Assembly (NCBI GenBank): GCA_029007645.1
Contig: JAQXIE010000034.1
Location: forward strand, 10,124-74,123
Source: Bacteroidales bacterium
GTDB taxonomy: Bacteria; Bacteroidota; Bacteroidia; Bacteroidales; Muribaculaceae
Direction: 5' to 3'
Length of the DNA stretch: 64,000 nt
This document shows positions 51,525 to 61,654 of this stretch, piece by piece (the stretch's first letter is position 1; each line of letters opens with the position of its first letter). The notes under the pieces are model-generated. The model saw nothing but the letters and a program-made list of their open reading frames with translations. It made no database searches and had not been told where the DNA came from. The position numbers and the translations under genes are program-made.

Positions 51525-53075
51525 TTAGTTAATCAATATCTTTTCGCTACGTCCGTCTGCCACACGGATATACAGACCATGTATGGGATTGGCAACACGC
51601 ATGCCCTGAAGATTATAATATACCGGTTCGGCAGTCGGTCTAACAGTCTGGACTTCCTCGACTCTTGTCGGTACATTGTCGAAATACATCTCAACCTTGT
51701 TAATATAAAAGTTGGAATGATGAAGTTGTGTGTCAGTATCATATCCTCTTATTATATAAGAAGACTGCGGCACCTTATACCTTTTAGTACATTTGACATA
51801 GGATTCTGATATATTTGCTTTTACGCGCTCCTTCCCCTGTGTTGATGTAGGAATAACTTCCATTTCAAGCTCTTCGCCGTCGATAGTTGGCACTAACCAA
51901 TTCCCCGCCTCTATCCAAACATACGCCACAATAGCATTAAATTTACGATTCTCAGGAGCATATACCTCCAACCTATTTGGTTTGTCCGAGAGTGCTTCAG
52001 TGAACACTAATCCAGATTTCAATTCGGATTTGTATTCATACGGTTTGTGGAAAAGGCTACCGGGGTTATTCGAAATAGATTTTACAATAAAGCCAAGGCC
52101 GGAATCTGCTTCCCATGTAAAATCGGCCGTATACTCTTTAGTATTCTCATCGTAGGTTGAGTCAGTATACACGGCCCAGTCTTTAGCCTTTAAGCCACCA
52201 TTCTCTTCATCCGGTTGGCCGAAAGTCACTACCTCACGAGGGGCGTCGCCAAATTCGTTACCCGATACATTGAGTGCAAAATTATGTGTACGCGTTTCAT
52301 CGCCATGCTCGGCCGAAATTTCAACAAAATATATTCCGGTATCCTCAGGAGTCGTCAGAGTAAATTCATCCCCTTCTATATCTCCGGAATCAATGATATT
52401 GTCCTGAATATCATAAATAGTATATTTCATTGAGTCCGCTTTTCGGGCCACAACATTCAGTTGCTCGGCGCCGGAGTAGATATTGTAATGTGAATTCGGC
52501 TCTATATCCCTTCCGTCCGGAGTAGACACGAGTATCTGGCCCCAATTGTCATAATAAACCGTCACATCTTTTACGTACACAAAATCATACAATGCAGCTG
52601 ATCCCTTTTCCATTTTTATTTCCAGACAGTCCCAGAATGCGTCACCCCTGCAATCAATTTCATATTTGACAAAATCATCGCTTGTTGTGGACAAATTCAC
52701 GGGAACCCCGTCAATCGACACAGTAAGCAAATTGTTCAACACGCTTCTGTGGTCATTCTTGATGGTAGCCTCAATCTTGACAGGCACGCCATGACAACCG
52801 TCTGACAATTTAAATTGCAAACATCCGGACTGTTGCATGTTGCCAATCCGAAGCCCCTCGGGATAACATCTTGCGGTACCTGTCCATGTCATGCCAGTGA
52901 AGTTGTCGGCACCGCTCTTAAAAAGAGTCTTATAATCGGTGCTATTGCTTATCTGGACATAACTGTCGGTCGTTTGCAAAGCAAATTCAGCACTGTAGCT
53001 CTGAATCTCAGCATTCGCTGAGCCGATGCCTAAAAATAAGGCTGACAATACAATTGTTGCTACGGTCGTTTTCAT
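51525..53075 (-). CDS. Uncharacterised secreted protein with a T9SS C-terminal sorting domain
   Basis: Signal peptide MKTTVATIVLSALFLGIGSANA. The C-terminus (PVYYNLQGMRVANPIHGLYIRVADGRSEKILIN) matches the Por/T9SS CTD pattern. No catalytic motif recognised. Confidence 0.8.
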   Translation of the reverse strand: MKTTVATIVLSALFLGIGSANAEIQSYSAEFALQTTDSYVQISNSTDYKTLFKSGADNFTGMTWTGTARCYPEGLRIGNMQQSGCLQFKLSDGCHGVPVKIEATIKNDHRSVLNNLLTVSIDGVPVNLSTTSDDFVKYEIDCRGDAFWDCLEIKMEKGSAALYDFVYVKDVTVYYDNWGQILVSTPDGRDIEPNSHYNIYSGAEQLNVVARKADSMKYTIYDIQDNIIDSGDIEGDEFTLTTPEDTGIYFVEISAEHGDETRTHNFALNVSGNEFGDAPREVVTFGQPDEENGGLKAKDWAVYTDSTYDENTKEYTADFTWEADSGLGFIVKSISNNPGSLFHKPYEYKSELKSGLVFTEALSDKPNRLEVYAPENRKFNAIVAYVWIEAGNWLVPTIDGEELEMEVIPTSTQGKERVKANISESYVKCTKRYKVPQSSYIIRGYDTDTQLHHSNFYINKVEMYFDNVPTRVEEVQTVRPTAEPVYYNLQGMRVANPIHGLYIRVADGRSEKILIN

Positions 53076-53119
53076 TGGCTAAATATTATAAAATTTGCAA
53101 AATATATGGAACCTGAAAG

Positions 53120-54355
53120 TTATGCCAGTTTGCGTTTAAGGTAGAATTGCCGTGTGGCGATGAAAAAGAGGATTGTGCCGGCGCACTGTACCGCGGCAGT
53201 AATCCAGAAGGCGGCTGCAAAGCCTACAAACTCGGCAATAACGCCTCCGGCAAGAATGCCGAGGCCCATGCCGAGATCCCAGGAAATCAGAATGGAAGAA
53301 TTGGCTGTACCCCTCTGGTCATGTCGTGCAACGTTGACAAACATATTCAGGAATGCCGGGTACATTCTGCCGTTGCCAAGACCGACCAATAAGGCTGACA
53401 AGAAATAACTCCATTCCCCGAAGGCACAGGCAAATAATGTGTATCCTATTGCAGAAAGGATCACTCCTGTAGCGCAATTCTCGAGTAGACGTCCCTCTCG
53501 AAGCGCTTTGTGACCGGTGAGACGCGACAGGATAAGTCCGGTGGACAGTAACGCGAAGAAGATACCCGTGCCGTCGGTTATGCCGAGTTTCTCCTGACCG
53601 TAAATGGCCACATAGTTGCTTAGCACTCCCCAGCAAAGTCCGAAAAGTAAAATGTTGATTGCAAGCAACCATGCACGCCCCAGGAAGAAATGATCCAGAT
53701 CAATCTTTTTCTTGCCTGCTATCTGGTCACGCTTTGGAAGTTTAACTGTAACCGATACCAGGAATCCGACAAACGCCATTATCAGCGATATCCAGAACAA
53801 CAGCTCGAAATTGCCGGTGCTATGATATATCCATATGCCTGCCGAGGGTGCGATCGCCATGGCGAGGTTATTGCTCAATCCGTAAAATCCTATACCCTCT
53901 GTGCGGCGTGAAGAGGGCAATACATCGATGGCAACTGTGGAATTTGCCACTGTGGTCGCTCCGAAAGGAATGCCATGCATGGTCCTGACTATTGCAAACA
54001 TTAGCAGGGTAGTGGCGCCGATATATCCGGCAAAACAGATGAAGAATGCCAAAAAACAGATTATAAGTACCTTTTTTCGGTTAAATGAATCGACAATCCA
54101 TCCGCTGAAAGGTCGGACCAGGAATGTAGCCACGACGTATCCCGACAAAACAATGCCAATCATATCCTTGTCGGCACTAAACTGCTCGTCAAGATATATC
54201 GGCAACAATGGGGTAAGCAGATAGAAAGCGAAAAACATCAGAAAGTTGGTAGTCATCACTTTCCAATATTCCTTGTTCCATAACTTATCGGTAGACTGCT
54301 TGGCAACAATATTGCTCTGTTCGGTTGTCATCCTACTATCTGCCTGCATAAACAC
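53120..54355 (-). CDS. MFS transporter
   Basis: 411 aa, 12 TM helices, MFS loop 2-3 motif (RPFSGWIVDSFNRKKV). Confidence 0.88.
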   Translation of the reverse strand: MFMQADSRMTTEQSNIVAKQSTDKLWNKEYWKVMTTNFLMFFAFYLLTPLLPIYLDEQFSADKDMIGIVLSGYVVATFLVRPFSGWIVDSFNRKKVLIICFLAFFICFAGYIGATTLLMFAIVRTMHGIPFGATTVANSTVAIDVLPSSRRTEGIGFYGLSNNLAMAIAPSAGIWIYHSTGNFELLFWISLIMAFVGFLVSVTVKLPKRDQIAGKKKIDLDHFFLGRAWLLAINILLFGLCWGVLSNYVAIYGQEKLGITDGTGIFFALLSTGLILSRLTGHKALREGRLLENCATGVILSAIGYTLFACAFGEWSYFLSALLVGLGNGRMYPAFLNMFVNVARHDQRGTANSSILISWDLGMGLGILAGGVIAEFVGFAAAFWITAAVQCAGTILFFIATRQFYLKRKLA

Positions 54356-54370
54356 ATAGTGATTGAATTA

Positions 54371-54378
54371 CAAATTTA
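54371..54378 (-). promoter_or_regulatory. -7 promoter box (TAAATTTG on the minus strand) for the MFS gene
   Basis: Exact TAnnTTTG just upstream of the MFS start region. Confidence 0.45.
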
Positions 54379-54524
54379 GCGATTATCCTCCTCATTTGCA
54401 AACCAAATTTCATCCAAACAGCATTTTCTTGCCGCATAGACTAACTCATAAGCATTATTTTTGAATTATGGTTGGGATTTTTTATACGAGGATAAACCAA
54501 ATTCATTTATTGTAGTCGTATAAA

Positions 54525-57317
54525 ATGAACGCCGGACTTTCCCGGTCATTTCCCAGAATGAATAAAGCGATTCCAATATTGTTGATGTTGTCGTTTGGCG
54601 GCAGTGTGTTTTATGGAGCATCCGGTTTGCAGCACAATCCTACAGCCCCGGCTCAAAGCGGTCCGGGAGGGGAGACATCGAACCCTGTCGACAGTATTCC
54701 CAATGGAACAAATGGTCGGGATGGCATTCCTGCTGACTCAGTGGAGATTGTCTATGAGACGGATTCAGTGGCGGTTGATACTGTAAACTGGGATAAATAT
54801 GTCACGCTGCAAGATATGGTGATCACAGCCACAAAAGCTGCCGTAGTTGCCAAACAGGATACAATGGAATTCAATGCTGGATCTTACAAGACGGCTGTCA
54901 ACGCCAACGTCGAGGATCTACTCAAGAAACTTCCCGGTGTCGAAGTGGATGCCGATGGCAATATCAAATCCAACGGCAAGACCGTCTCAAAGATTCTCGT
55001 CAACGGTAAGGAATTCTTTGCCGACGACACAAAGATGGCTACCAAGAATCTCCCCTCCGAGTTGATTGACAAGGTGCAGGTAGTAGACCGTAAAAGTGAT
55101 TTTTCACGTCTCACAGGCGTAGATGACGGAGAGGAGGAAACCGTAATCAACCTGACCGTCAAGAAAAACATGCAGAACGGCTGGGTAGGCAATGTCAACG
55201 CCGGTTACGGTACAGACAACCGATACGAAGGAGCATTCAATATATCGACATTCTCCGACAAAAACCAGATTTCGATTGTCGGGGGTGCCAATAATATCAA
55301 CGAGCTTGGCTTCATGGACCGCGGTCGTGGCCGTTTCGGCGGTTTCGGCTCCAGCGGGGGCATCAGCAACGCTCAGCGCATCGGCATCAACTTCAATGTC
55401 GGCAAAGATGAAAACCTGAGATTCGGAGGCAATGTATTTTACAGCCACTCCGACCGCCACGCCATGTCGCAAACTGAGACTCAGTTCCTGTTGCCGGATT
55501 CCACCAGCTACCAACACAGTGGAAGCGACACTCGCGACCGTGGACATAACGTAAATGCCAATTTCCGTCTTGAATGGAAAATTGACCCGTATAACACCAT
55601 CGATTTCCGGCCGACATTCTCGTTCAATCACCGCAGCTCGCAACTTGTCGACACTACGCAATTGAATGCCGGCGATTTATTGCGTACTCTGGTCAATTCG
55701 CGCGAAAACCGCTCGGCCAATAGCGGAAACAGCTGGAACGCCGGCGGCTATCTGATCTATAATCACAATTTTCAGTCGCGTCCGGGACGTTCGTTCAGTA
55801 TCCGCGCCAACTATTCATTTTCAAATACGCGCCAGTATACCACATCCTGGAACGATATCATATATTACCTCCAACAAGATGATTCCGAACTGCAATATCG
55901 TCTCACCGACAATCGTCAGTGGACCAATGGCATCAGCGGACAGGCCACATGGACCGAACCGCTCGGTGACGTTAAGAAGGGAAATTTCTTAGAGGCGATG
56001 TATAAAATTGACTATCGATTCAACAATGCCGATAAAAACACTTATGACCTGCCGGAAGGAACTGGCACATGGCAGGACGCTGTGATGGATTATACATTGG
56101 TACCAGCCGACGCCACGTTTAATCCCGAGGTATCCAACCAGTTCCGCAATACGTTTGTAACCCACACTTTACAGCTTGGTTACAAAAAGGTATCCAGCAA
56201 AATGAATCTGCAGACCGGTCTGGAATTCTCCCCGTCGGGCAGCAAAAGCACCGACCTGATCGATGCCGCCCGGAATATCCCGATGCATTGGGTATACAAT
56301 ATAGCGCCTTACTTCCGGTTCCGTTACCGGTTCAGCAAGACTCGCTCGCTGAGGGTGAACTACCGTGCACGCACCACGTCGCCGTCGCTGACACAGTTAC
56401 AGCCCGTAGCCGACATATCGGATCCCTTGAATATCCGCATCGGTAATCCTGATCTGAAGCCGACGTTTACCCAGAGTCTAAGATTCAATTATAATAATTA
56501 CAACGAGAACACGCAGCAGAGCATGTTTGCAATGCTCAACGGTTCGTATTCTACAAATGTAATCGTGTCCCGAACGCGTACCGATGCCAACACCGGTATC
56601 CGCACCACCCAGTATACGAATGCCAACGGCAATTTCACTGTGTTCGGAATGTTCATGATCAATCAGCCTCTGCCCAACCGCAAATGGCGTTTCTCGGCAT
56701 CATTGCGAGGCAGCTATTCATCTATGGCCGGTTACATCAACGACGACTTCAACCGTTCCGGCAATCTGAACCTGTCCCCTGATTTAGGCATGACCTTCTC
56801 CTGTGACGTATTCCAGATGTCCGTACGCCCGACATATTCGTTCAACATGGCCACAAACACATTGGCAACCCAGCCTAACCGATATACCCATACCTACGGT
56901 TTCAGAAGCGATGCCACGCTGACACTGCCGTTCGGACTGCAATTCTCTACCGACCTGGCATTCAACAAGTCGACGGGATATTCGGCCGGTTTCAATAGCA
57001 CAACATGGATATGGAACGCTCAGTTATCGTACAGCGTGTTGCGGGACAAAAGCCTTACCTTCAGCGTACGTGCATACGACCTGCTGGGACAGAACGACAA
57101 CATAACCCGTACGGTCAGTGCCGGACAGATAGTCGACGCACGCTACAACAACCTGACCCGCTACGTGATGTTCGGCGTCAGCTGGCAGTTCAATACAATG
57201 AAGAGCAAGAAGACTTCCAACGCTCCTGACGATCCGTTCCCGGGCGGCGGACCTGGATTTGGCAGAGGTCCCGGCCGCGGCCCGATGGGACCGCCTCCAG
57301 GTGGCCGTCATTTCTGA
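54525..57317 (+). CDS. Outer-membrane beta-barrel protein (TonB-dependent-receptor-like, OMP_b-brl_3 type) with a Gly/Pro-rich tail
   Basis: 930 aa with a plug-like region (EDLLKKLPGVEVDADGNIKSNGK), a long run of beta-strand repeats and an aromatic-rich end. The start may be at 54558 (MNKAIPILL). Confidence 0.85.
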   Translation: MNAGLSRSFPRMNKAIPILLMLSFGGSVFYGASGLQHNPTAPAQSGPGGETSNPVDSIPNGTNGRDGIPADSVEIVYETDSVAVDTVNWDKYVTLQDMVITATKAAVVAKQDTMEFNAGSYKTAVNANVEDLLKKLPGVEVDADGNIKSNGKTVSKILVNGKEFFADDTKMATKNLPSELIDKVQVVDRKSDFSRLTGVDDGEEETVINLTVKKNMQNGWVGNVNAGYGTDNRYEGAFNISTFSDKNQISIVGGANNINELGFMDRGRGRFGGFGSSGGISNAQRIGINFNVGKDENLRFGGNVFYSHSDRHAMSQTETQFLLPDSTSYQHSGSDTRDRGHNVNANFRLEWKIDPYNTIDFRPTFSFNHRSSQLVDTTQLNAGDLLRTLVNSRENRSANSGNSWNAGGYLIYNHNFQSRPGRSFSIRANYSFSNTRQYTTSWNDIIYYLQQDDSELQYRLTDNRQWTNGISGQATWTEPLGDVKKGNFLEAMYKIDYRFNNADKNTYDLPEGTGTWQDAVMDYTLVPADATFNPEVSNQFRNTFVTHTLQLGYKKVSSKMNLQTGLEFSPSGSKSTDLIDAARNIPMHWVYNIAPYFRFRYRFSKTRSLRVNYRARTTSPSLTQLQPVADISDPLNIRIGNPDLKPTFTQSLRFNYNNYNENTQQSMFAMLNGSYSTNVIVSRTRTDANTGIRTTQYTNANGNFTVFGMFMINQPLPNRKWRFSASLRGSYSSMAGYINDDFNRSGNLNLSPDLGMTFSCDVFQMSVRPTYSFNMATNTLATQPNRYTHTYGFRSDATLTLPFGLQFSTDLAFNKSTGYSAGFNSTTWIWNAQLSYSVLRDKSLTFSVRAYDLLGQNDNITRTVSAGQIVDARYNNLTRYVMFGVSWQFNTMKSKKTSNAPDDPFPGGGPGFGRGPGRGPMGPPPGGRHF

Positions 57318-57449
57318 TATTATGAAAATGATTATCATCATTTGCACCACCAAGATACATCTATGGTGGAACAAATGAGGATAATTTTTATATATCCAAC
57401 AAGCAATCTGTAATGATAAAATATCATTTTATTTTCATCGAAAAAGTGT

Positions 57450-57457
57450 TATATTTG
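57450..57457 (+). promoter_or_regulatory. -7 promoter box (TATATTTG) for trkAH
   Basis: Exact TAnnTTTG 32 nt upstream of the trkA ATG. Confidence 0.5.
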
Positions 57458-57488
57458 CAGCGGATAAACAATTGACCCTGAAACCGAG

Positions 57489-58829
57489 ATGAAGATCATA
57501 ATAGCGGGCGACGGCGACACAGGCTGTCATCTGGCGCGGCAACTGTGTGCCGAGAACCAGGATGTGGTGCTCATAGGCGAGGACCGCAAGCGACTGGAGG
57601 AACTTGACTCGCGCAACAACATAATGGTGCAGTACGGGTCGGGCGTGATGCCGTCCAACATGAAGAGCGCGGGCGTCGCGGGGTGCGACCTGTTCATAGG
57701 CGTCACCCCGTGGGGCAACGAGAACATCGTGTCGTCGCAATTAGCCAAGGCTCTGGGCGCCAAACGCACCGTGGCGCGCATAGACAACGGCGAGCTGATC
57801 ACAGACAGCATGCGCGACGTGCTGCGCAACACCGGAATCGACATCGCACTATACCCCGAATACCTTGTGGCACATGAGATCCGCACCTTGTTGAGACACA
57901 ACTGGGTGAAGCATTGGTTCGAGCTGCACGACGGCGCACTGGTGATAGTGGGCATTAAGGTTCGACCCGAATCTGAATTGGCGGGACGCCATCTGTACGA
58001 ACTGATGAAAACGGAACATCCGTTCCATGTGGCAGCCATCAGGCGCAAGGGCAAGACCATCATCCCGAAAGGCGACAACCGCATTGAGGCCAACGACATA
58101 GTCTATCTGTCCATGCTGCCCGACGGGGCCGACAGAGTGGCCGAGCTATGCGGCCACAGTCCGTGCCGCGTGCAGAAGGTCATGATATCCGGCGCCGGTA
58201 AGCTTGCGCGTCAGATAGTGCAGGCTTTGCAATATTCGGGCTATGACATCACGGTAATCGATGCCGACACAGCACGGTGCCGCAAGCTCTCGGCGCGCTA
58301 TCCTTCCGTGACCGTGGTAAATGCCGACCAGCGCGACTACGAGGTGCTGTGCGACGAAGGGTTGGAAAGCACCGATGCCTTCATAGCCGTGAACGATTCG
58401 TCGGAAATGAACATTGTCGGCTCCCTGCTGGCCAAGGATGCAGGCGTGCCCTGGACCATAGCCGAAATCGAGGACATTCAGTATTTCACCGAGGCCGAAA
58501 GCCTCAACATTGATGTGGTAGTCAACAAGAAACTGCTTACATCCAGCACCATCCTGCAGATGCTGCTTGACAGCCGGAATATGGAGACCTCACGATGCCT
58601 GTCGCTGGAGGATGCCGACGTGTCGGAGATAGTTGCGGCGCCGGATTCCAAAATCACAAGAGCCGCCGTCAAAGACCTGAAGCTGCCAAACGGAATGACC
58701 TTGGCGGGTATAGTCCGGAACGGCGAGGGAATGCTGGTGTCGGGCGACACCCGGATACAGACCGGTGACCACGTGGTGGTGTTCAGCCTGTCGGGGTCGC
58801 TGAACAAATATGAAAAATTGTTTAGATGA
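57489..58829 (+). CDS. trkA: Trk system potassium uptake protein TrkA
   Basis: 446 aa with two RCK/NAD-binding halves (MKIIIAGDGDTGCHLA; VMISGAGKLARQI). Confidence 0.93.
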   Translation: MKIIIAGDGDTGCHLARQLCAENQDVVLIGEDRKRLEELDSRNNIMVQYGSGVMPSNMKSAGVAGCDLFIGVTPWGNENIVSSQLAKALGAKRTVARIDNGELITDSMRDVLRNTGIDIALYPEYLVAHEIRTLLRHNWVKHWFELHDGALVIVGIKVRPESELAGRHLYELMKTEHPFHVAAIRRKGKTIIPKGDNRIEANDIVYLSMLPDGADRVAELCGHSPCRVQKVMISGAGKLARQIVQALQYSGYDITVIDADTARCRKLSARYPSVTVVNADQRDYEVLCDEGLESTDAFIAVNDSSEMNIVGSLLAKDAGVPWTIAEIEDIQYFTEAESLNIDVVVNKKLLTSSTILQMLLDSRNMETSRCLSLEDADVSEIVAAPDSKITRAAVKDLKLPNGMTLAGIVRNGEGMLVSGDTRIQTGDHVVVFSLSGSLNKYEKLFR

Positions 58830-60307
58830 AACGTCTGTCGAGGATACACATCGATTACCGCACGGTATGCAACGTGACGGGCAGCCTGCTGTTCGTGGAG
58901 GCTGTGCTGCTGCTGCTGCCGCTGCTTGTGTCGCTGATGTATGGCGAGAGTGAATGGTGGATATTCCTGTCGGCGGCGGCGCTGTCGGCTACGGTGGGAG
59001 TGGGGCTGATACAGCTTGGCGGAGGCCGGCATTACAAGTTACAGATGAATCGGCGCGAGGGATACCTGCTCACCACTTTCATCTGGATAGCCTATTCGCT
59101 TGTCGGCATGGTGCCGTTCCTGTTCATCTCCGCGCCGCTGAGCGTAACTGACGCATTCTTCGAGACCATGTCGGGCTTCACCACCACCGGAGCCACCGTG
59201 TTTGCCGATGTGGAGTCGCTGAGTCACGGCATCCTGTTCTGGCGGGCTCTTACACAATGGGTGGGAGGCCTCGGCATCGTGATATTCATGCTGGTGGTGT
59301 TGCCGGCGCTGAACCAGTCGGGCAGCGTGTCGCTGTTCAACGCCGAAGTGACTGGCATCACCCACGACAAACTGCACCCTCGAGTAGGACAGACGGCCAA
59401 ATCGCTGCTGTACGTATACCTTCTGCTGACGGCGATGCTGATAGCGTTGTTGTGGTGCGGCCCGATGACCCTGTTCGACGCGGTGTGCCAGGCGTTTTCC
59501 ACCATGTCCACAGGCGGCTTCTCCACGCGCAATGCCAGCATCGCGGCGTGGAATTCGGACTATGTCGGCTGGGTGGTGGCGATATTCATGCTGGTGGGAG
59601 GCGTCAACTTCATGCTGCTTTATGGATTGTTGCGGGGCAACTGGCGCCCGCTGGTGCGCAACGACGTGTTCCGGGCATACTGCCTTATCGTGCTTGTGGC
59701 GTGGAGTCTATTCGCCCTGGCCCGCTTCATCAACGGCAATGACGGCAGCATCGGACGCAACCTGCTTGAACCGCTGTTTCAGGTGGCCACCACCATCACG
59801 ACCACGGGCTTCTCGTTCGGCAGTTACGAAGGGTGGGGACAGCTGGCGCTCTCCGTGATTCTGATACTGATGATGATGGGGGCATGCGCCGGTTCCACTA
59901 CCGGAGCCGTCAAGATCGACCGGTTCGTGGCGTTATGGAAGAATATGCGCCGCAGCGTTGAGCTGGCATTATATCCACAGCATATCGTAACCCTCGAGAT
60001 CAACGGTCACGCGTTGGATGAGTCGCATATCTCGCGCATAACATCCTTCTTCGCCATCTATCTGATCCTGCTCATAGCCGGGGCTATGGTGATGTGCGGC
60101 TACGGTTACTCGTTTACCGACAGTCTGTTTGCATCCGCATCGTGCATCGGCAACAACGGGCTCGGCTACGGAGCCAGCGGTTCGGGCGGAGGCTTCGGCA
60201 CACTGCCCCCCGTAGTGAAATGGTTCTACTCCCTGCTGATGCTCATCGGCCGTCTGGAGGTCTTCACAGTCATCGTTATCTTCAGCCGCAAGTTCTGGTG
60301 CCGGTAA
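58826..60307 (+). CDS. trkH: TrkH family potassium transporter
   Basis: 493 aa polytopic protein with repeated selectivity-filter-like TTTG/STGG segments. ATGA overlap with trkA. Confidence 0.92.
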   Translation: MKRLSRIHIDYRTVCNVTGSLLFVEAVLLLLPLLVSLMYGESEWWIFLSAAALSATVGVGLIQLGGGRHYKLQMNRREGYLLTTFIWIAYSLVGMVPFLFISAPLSVTDAFFETMSGFTTTGATVFADVESLSHGILFWRALTQWVGGLGIVIFMLVVLPALNQSGSVSLFNAEVTGITHDKLHPRVGQTAKSLLYVYLLLTAMLIALLWCGPMTLFDAVCQAFSTMSTGGFSTRNASIAAWNSDYVGWVVAIFMLVGGVNFMLLYGLLRGNWRPLVRNDVFRAYCLIVLVAWSLFALARFINGNDGSIGRNLLEPLFQVATTITTTGFSFGSYEGWGQLALSVILILMMMGACAGSTTGAVKIDRFVALWKNMRRSVELALYPQHIVTLEINGHALDESHISRITSFFAIYLILLIAGAMVMCGYGYSFTDSLFASASCIGNNGLGYGASGSGGGFGTLPPVVKWFYSLLMLIGRLEVFTVIVIFSRKFWCR

Positions 60308-60448
60308 TTCCTGAAATACACGGCACCGGAACGGTCTTTGCCGCCTATACGCCTGTGATATTTGCGTTATGACCGACTTTCAAGCCCATTCATCACATCT
60401 TCATTCGTAATCTGCCCCTCGTTAGTGGGCATTAACTGAATATCTTTA

Positions 60449-61273
60449 TTATAATGTAATTCGGAATGGATTTATGATAGCTGCTTCTGCGGCTTCCTGA
60501 CAGATACGTCGCTGCGGCGCATTCACTCGAGCCTGAGAATAAGGATTGCCGAGGACGTCATGGCCATACAAGACTCCGTACCAGGTGAGCGAAGCTATGT
60601 AGCGACCAAGAGTATAGCTTAGATGGTAGCCATCGCGCGTCAGGTCGTCGCCAAGTGCGGTCATACGTGCGTTCTGGATGGCGGTGCCTACCGGGATTAT
60701 ACCTTTCAACTCCGGGTTGTCTGCAAGAACCTTAATGGCACAGTCCACTATGCTGCGATACATTCGCATCTGATTGTTGCCGTAGTTTTTAAAGCCACCG
60801 TGATCAGAAGTGGGAGAATATGCCCAGGTCATGTACCAAAGGAAGGTGGGATCGGGTCCCGCAGCCTTACGAACCATCGAAATCAGCTCGGGCAGATGTT
60901 TATAGGTATCGTACATTCCTGAATAATGGCTTGCCTGCTGGAATGTGATATAGTCCCACTTTTCGTCGACTAAGGCTCGGGAGATAGTGTAATCGGGGAT
61001 AGTGTCCACTCTGCCGTCCGCTGATATTTTGCGGTAACTATAGTCGCCGTTGTCCGTCTTCATATTATTGTAGTGGCGCTCAATCGAACATCCTGGATGA
61101 TAGAGATTGCCTATGACTATTTCATCGCCACCTGCATTTACCACATTATGCATTTCTTGCTCCAGGGCATCCACGGAGAAACTGTTGCCAATGGCAAGCA
61201 CTTTGATAAGACGCGCAGACATACCGGAAACGACCAGCATTGCGATAGCGAGAGTTAACAGGATTCTTTTCAT
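60449..61273 (-). CDS. DUF4886 / SGNH-hydrolase-like secreted protein
   Basis: Signal peptide followed by IKVLAIGNSFSVDA, an SGNH block I-like motif. Confidence 0.75.
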   Translation of the reverse strand: MKRILLTLAIAMLVVSGMSARLIKVLAIGNSFSVDALEQEMHNVVNAGGDEIVIGNLYHPGCSIERHYNNMKTDNGDYSYRKISADGRVDTIPDYTISRALVDEKWDYITFQQASHYSGMYDTYKHLPELISMVRKAAGPDPTFLWYMTWAYSPTSDHGGFKNYGNNQMRMYRSIVDCAIKVLADNPELKGIIPVGTAIQNARMTALGDDLTRDGYHLSYTLGRYIASLTWYGVLYGHDVLGNPYSQARVNAPQRRICQEAAEAAIINPFRITL

Positions 61274-61302
61274 GGTATTATTATTTCTATAGAATGATAT
61301 TG

Positions 61303-61310
61303 CAAAATTA
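61303..61310 (-). promoter_or_regulatory. -7 promoter box (TAATTTTG on the minus strand) for the DUF4886 gene
   Basis: Exact TAnnTTTG 30 nt upstream of the ATG at 61273. Confidence 0.5.
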
Positions 61311-61646
61311 TAGTTAAAATTTCATTGTTCCAAAAGGAACACAATTTTGTCGCCTCCTCATGTCCTCTCGTCAAAATCTATCATACTTATGGGATTTAGA
61401 GAAATATATATAATCTCAAGGTCAAATCGATAACCAAAATCAGACAAGAAACGTCATGACAAACAGCGACAAGCGTCACACTAAAATAAATCTATAAACG
61501 CATTAACAGCAATAAAGTTTTCCAAAAATATTTTTATTACTCTAATTATCAATATATTAAAATTTTCCATATACTAAAATGTTTTCCAAAATAAAATTTT
61601 ATAACATTTTTTGAGCGATTAATGTTTGTGGTATAATTTAATTTAT

Positions 61647-61654
61647 TATCTTTG
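61647..61654 (+). promoter_or_regulatory. -7 promoter box (TATCTTTG) for nrdDG
   Basis: Exact TAnnTTTG with an upstream TTTG at about 61625-61628. About 92 nt upstream of the nrdD ATG. Confidence 0.5.

Noticed and set aside
57318-57488. c-di-AMP or other riboswitch ahead of trkA.
   Set aside because: The -7 box lies only 32 nt from the ATG, leaving no room for a riboswitch. The upstream DNA is AT-rich and lacks conserved stems.
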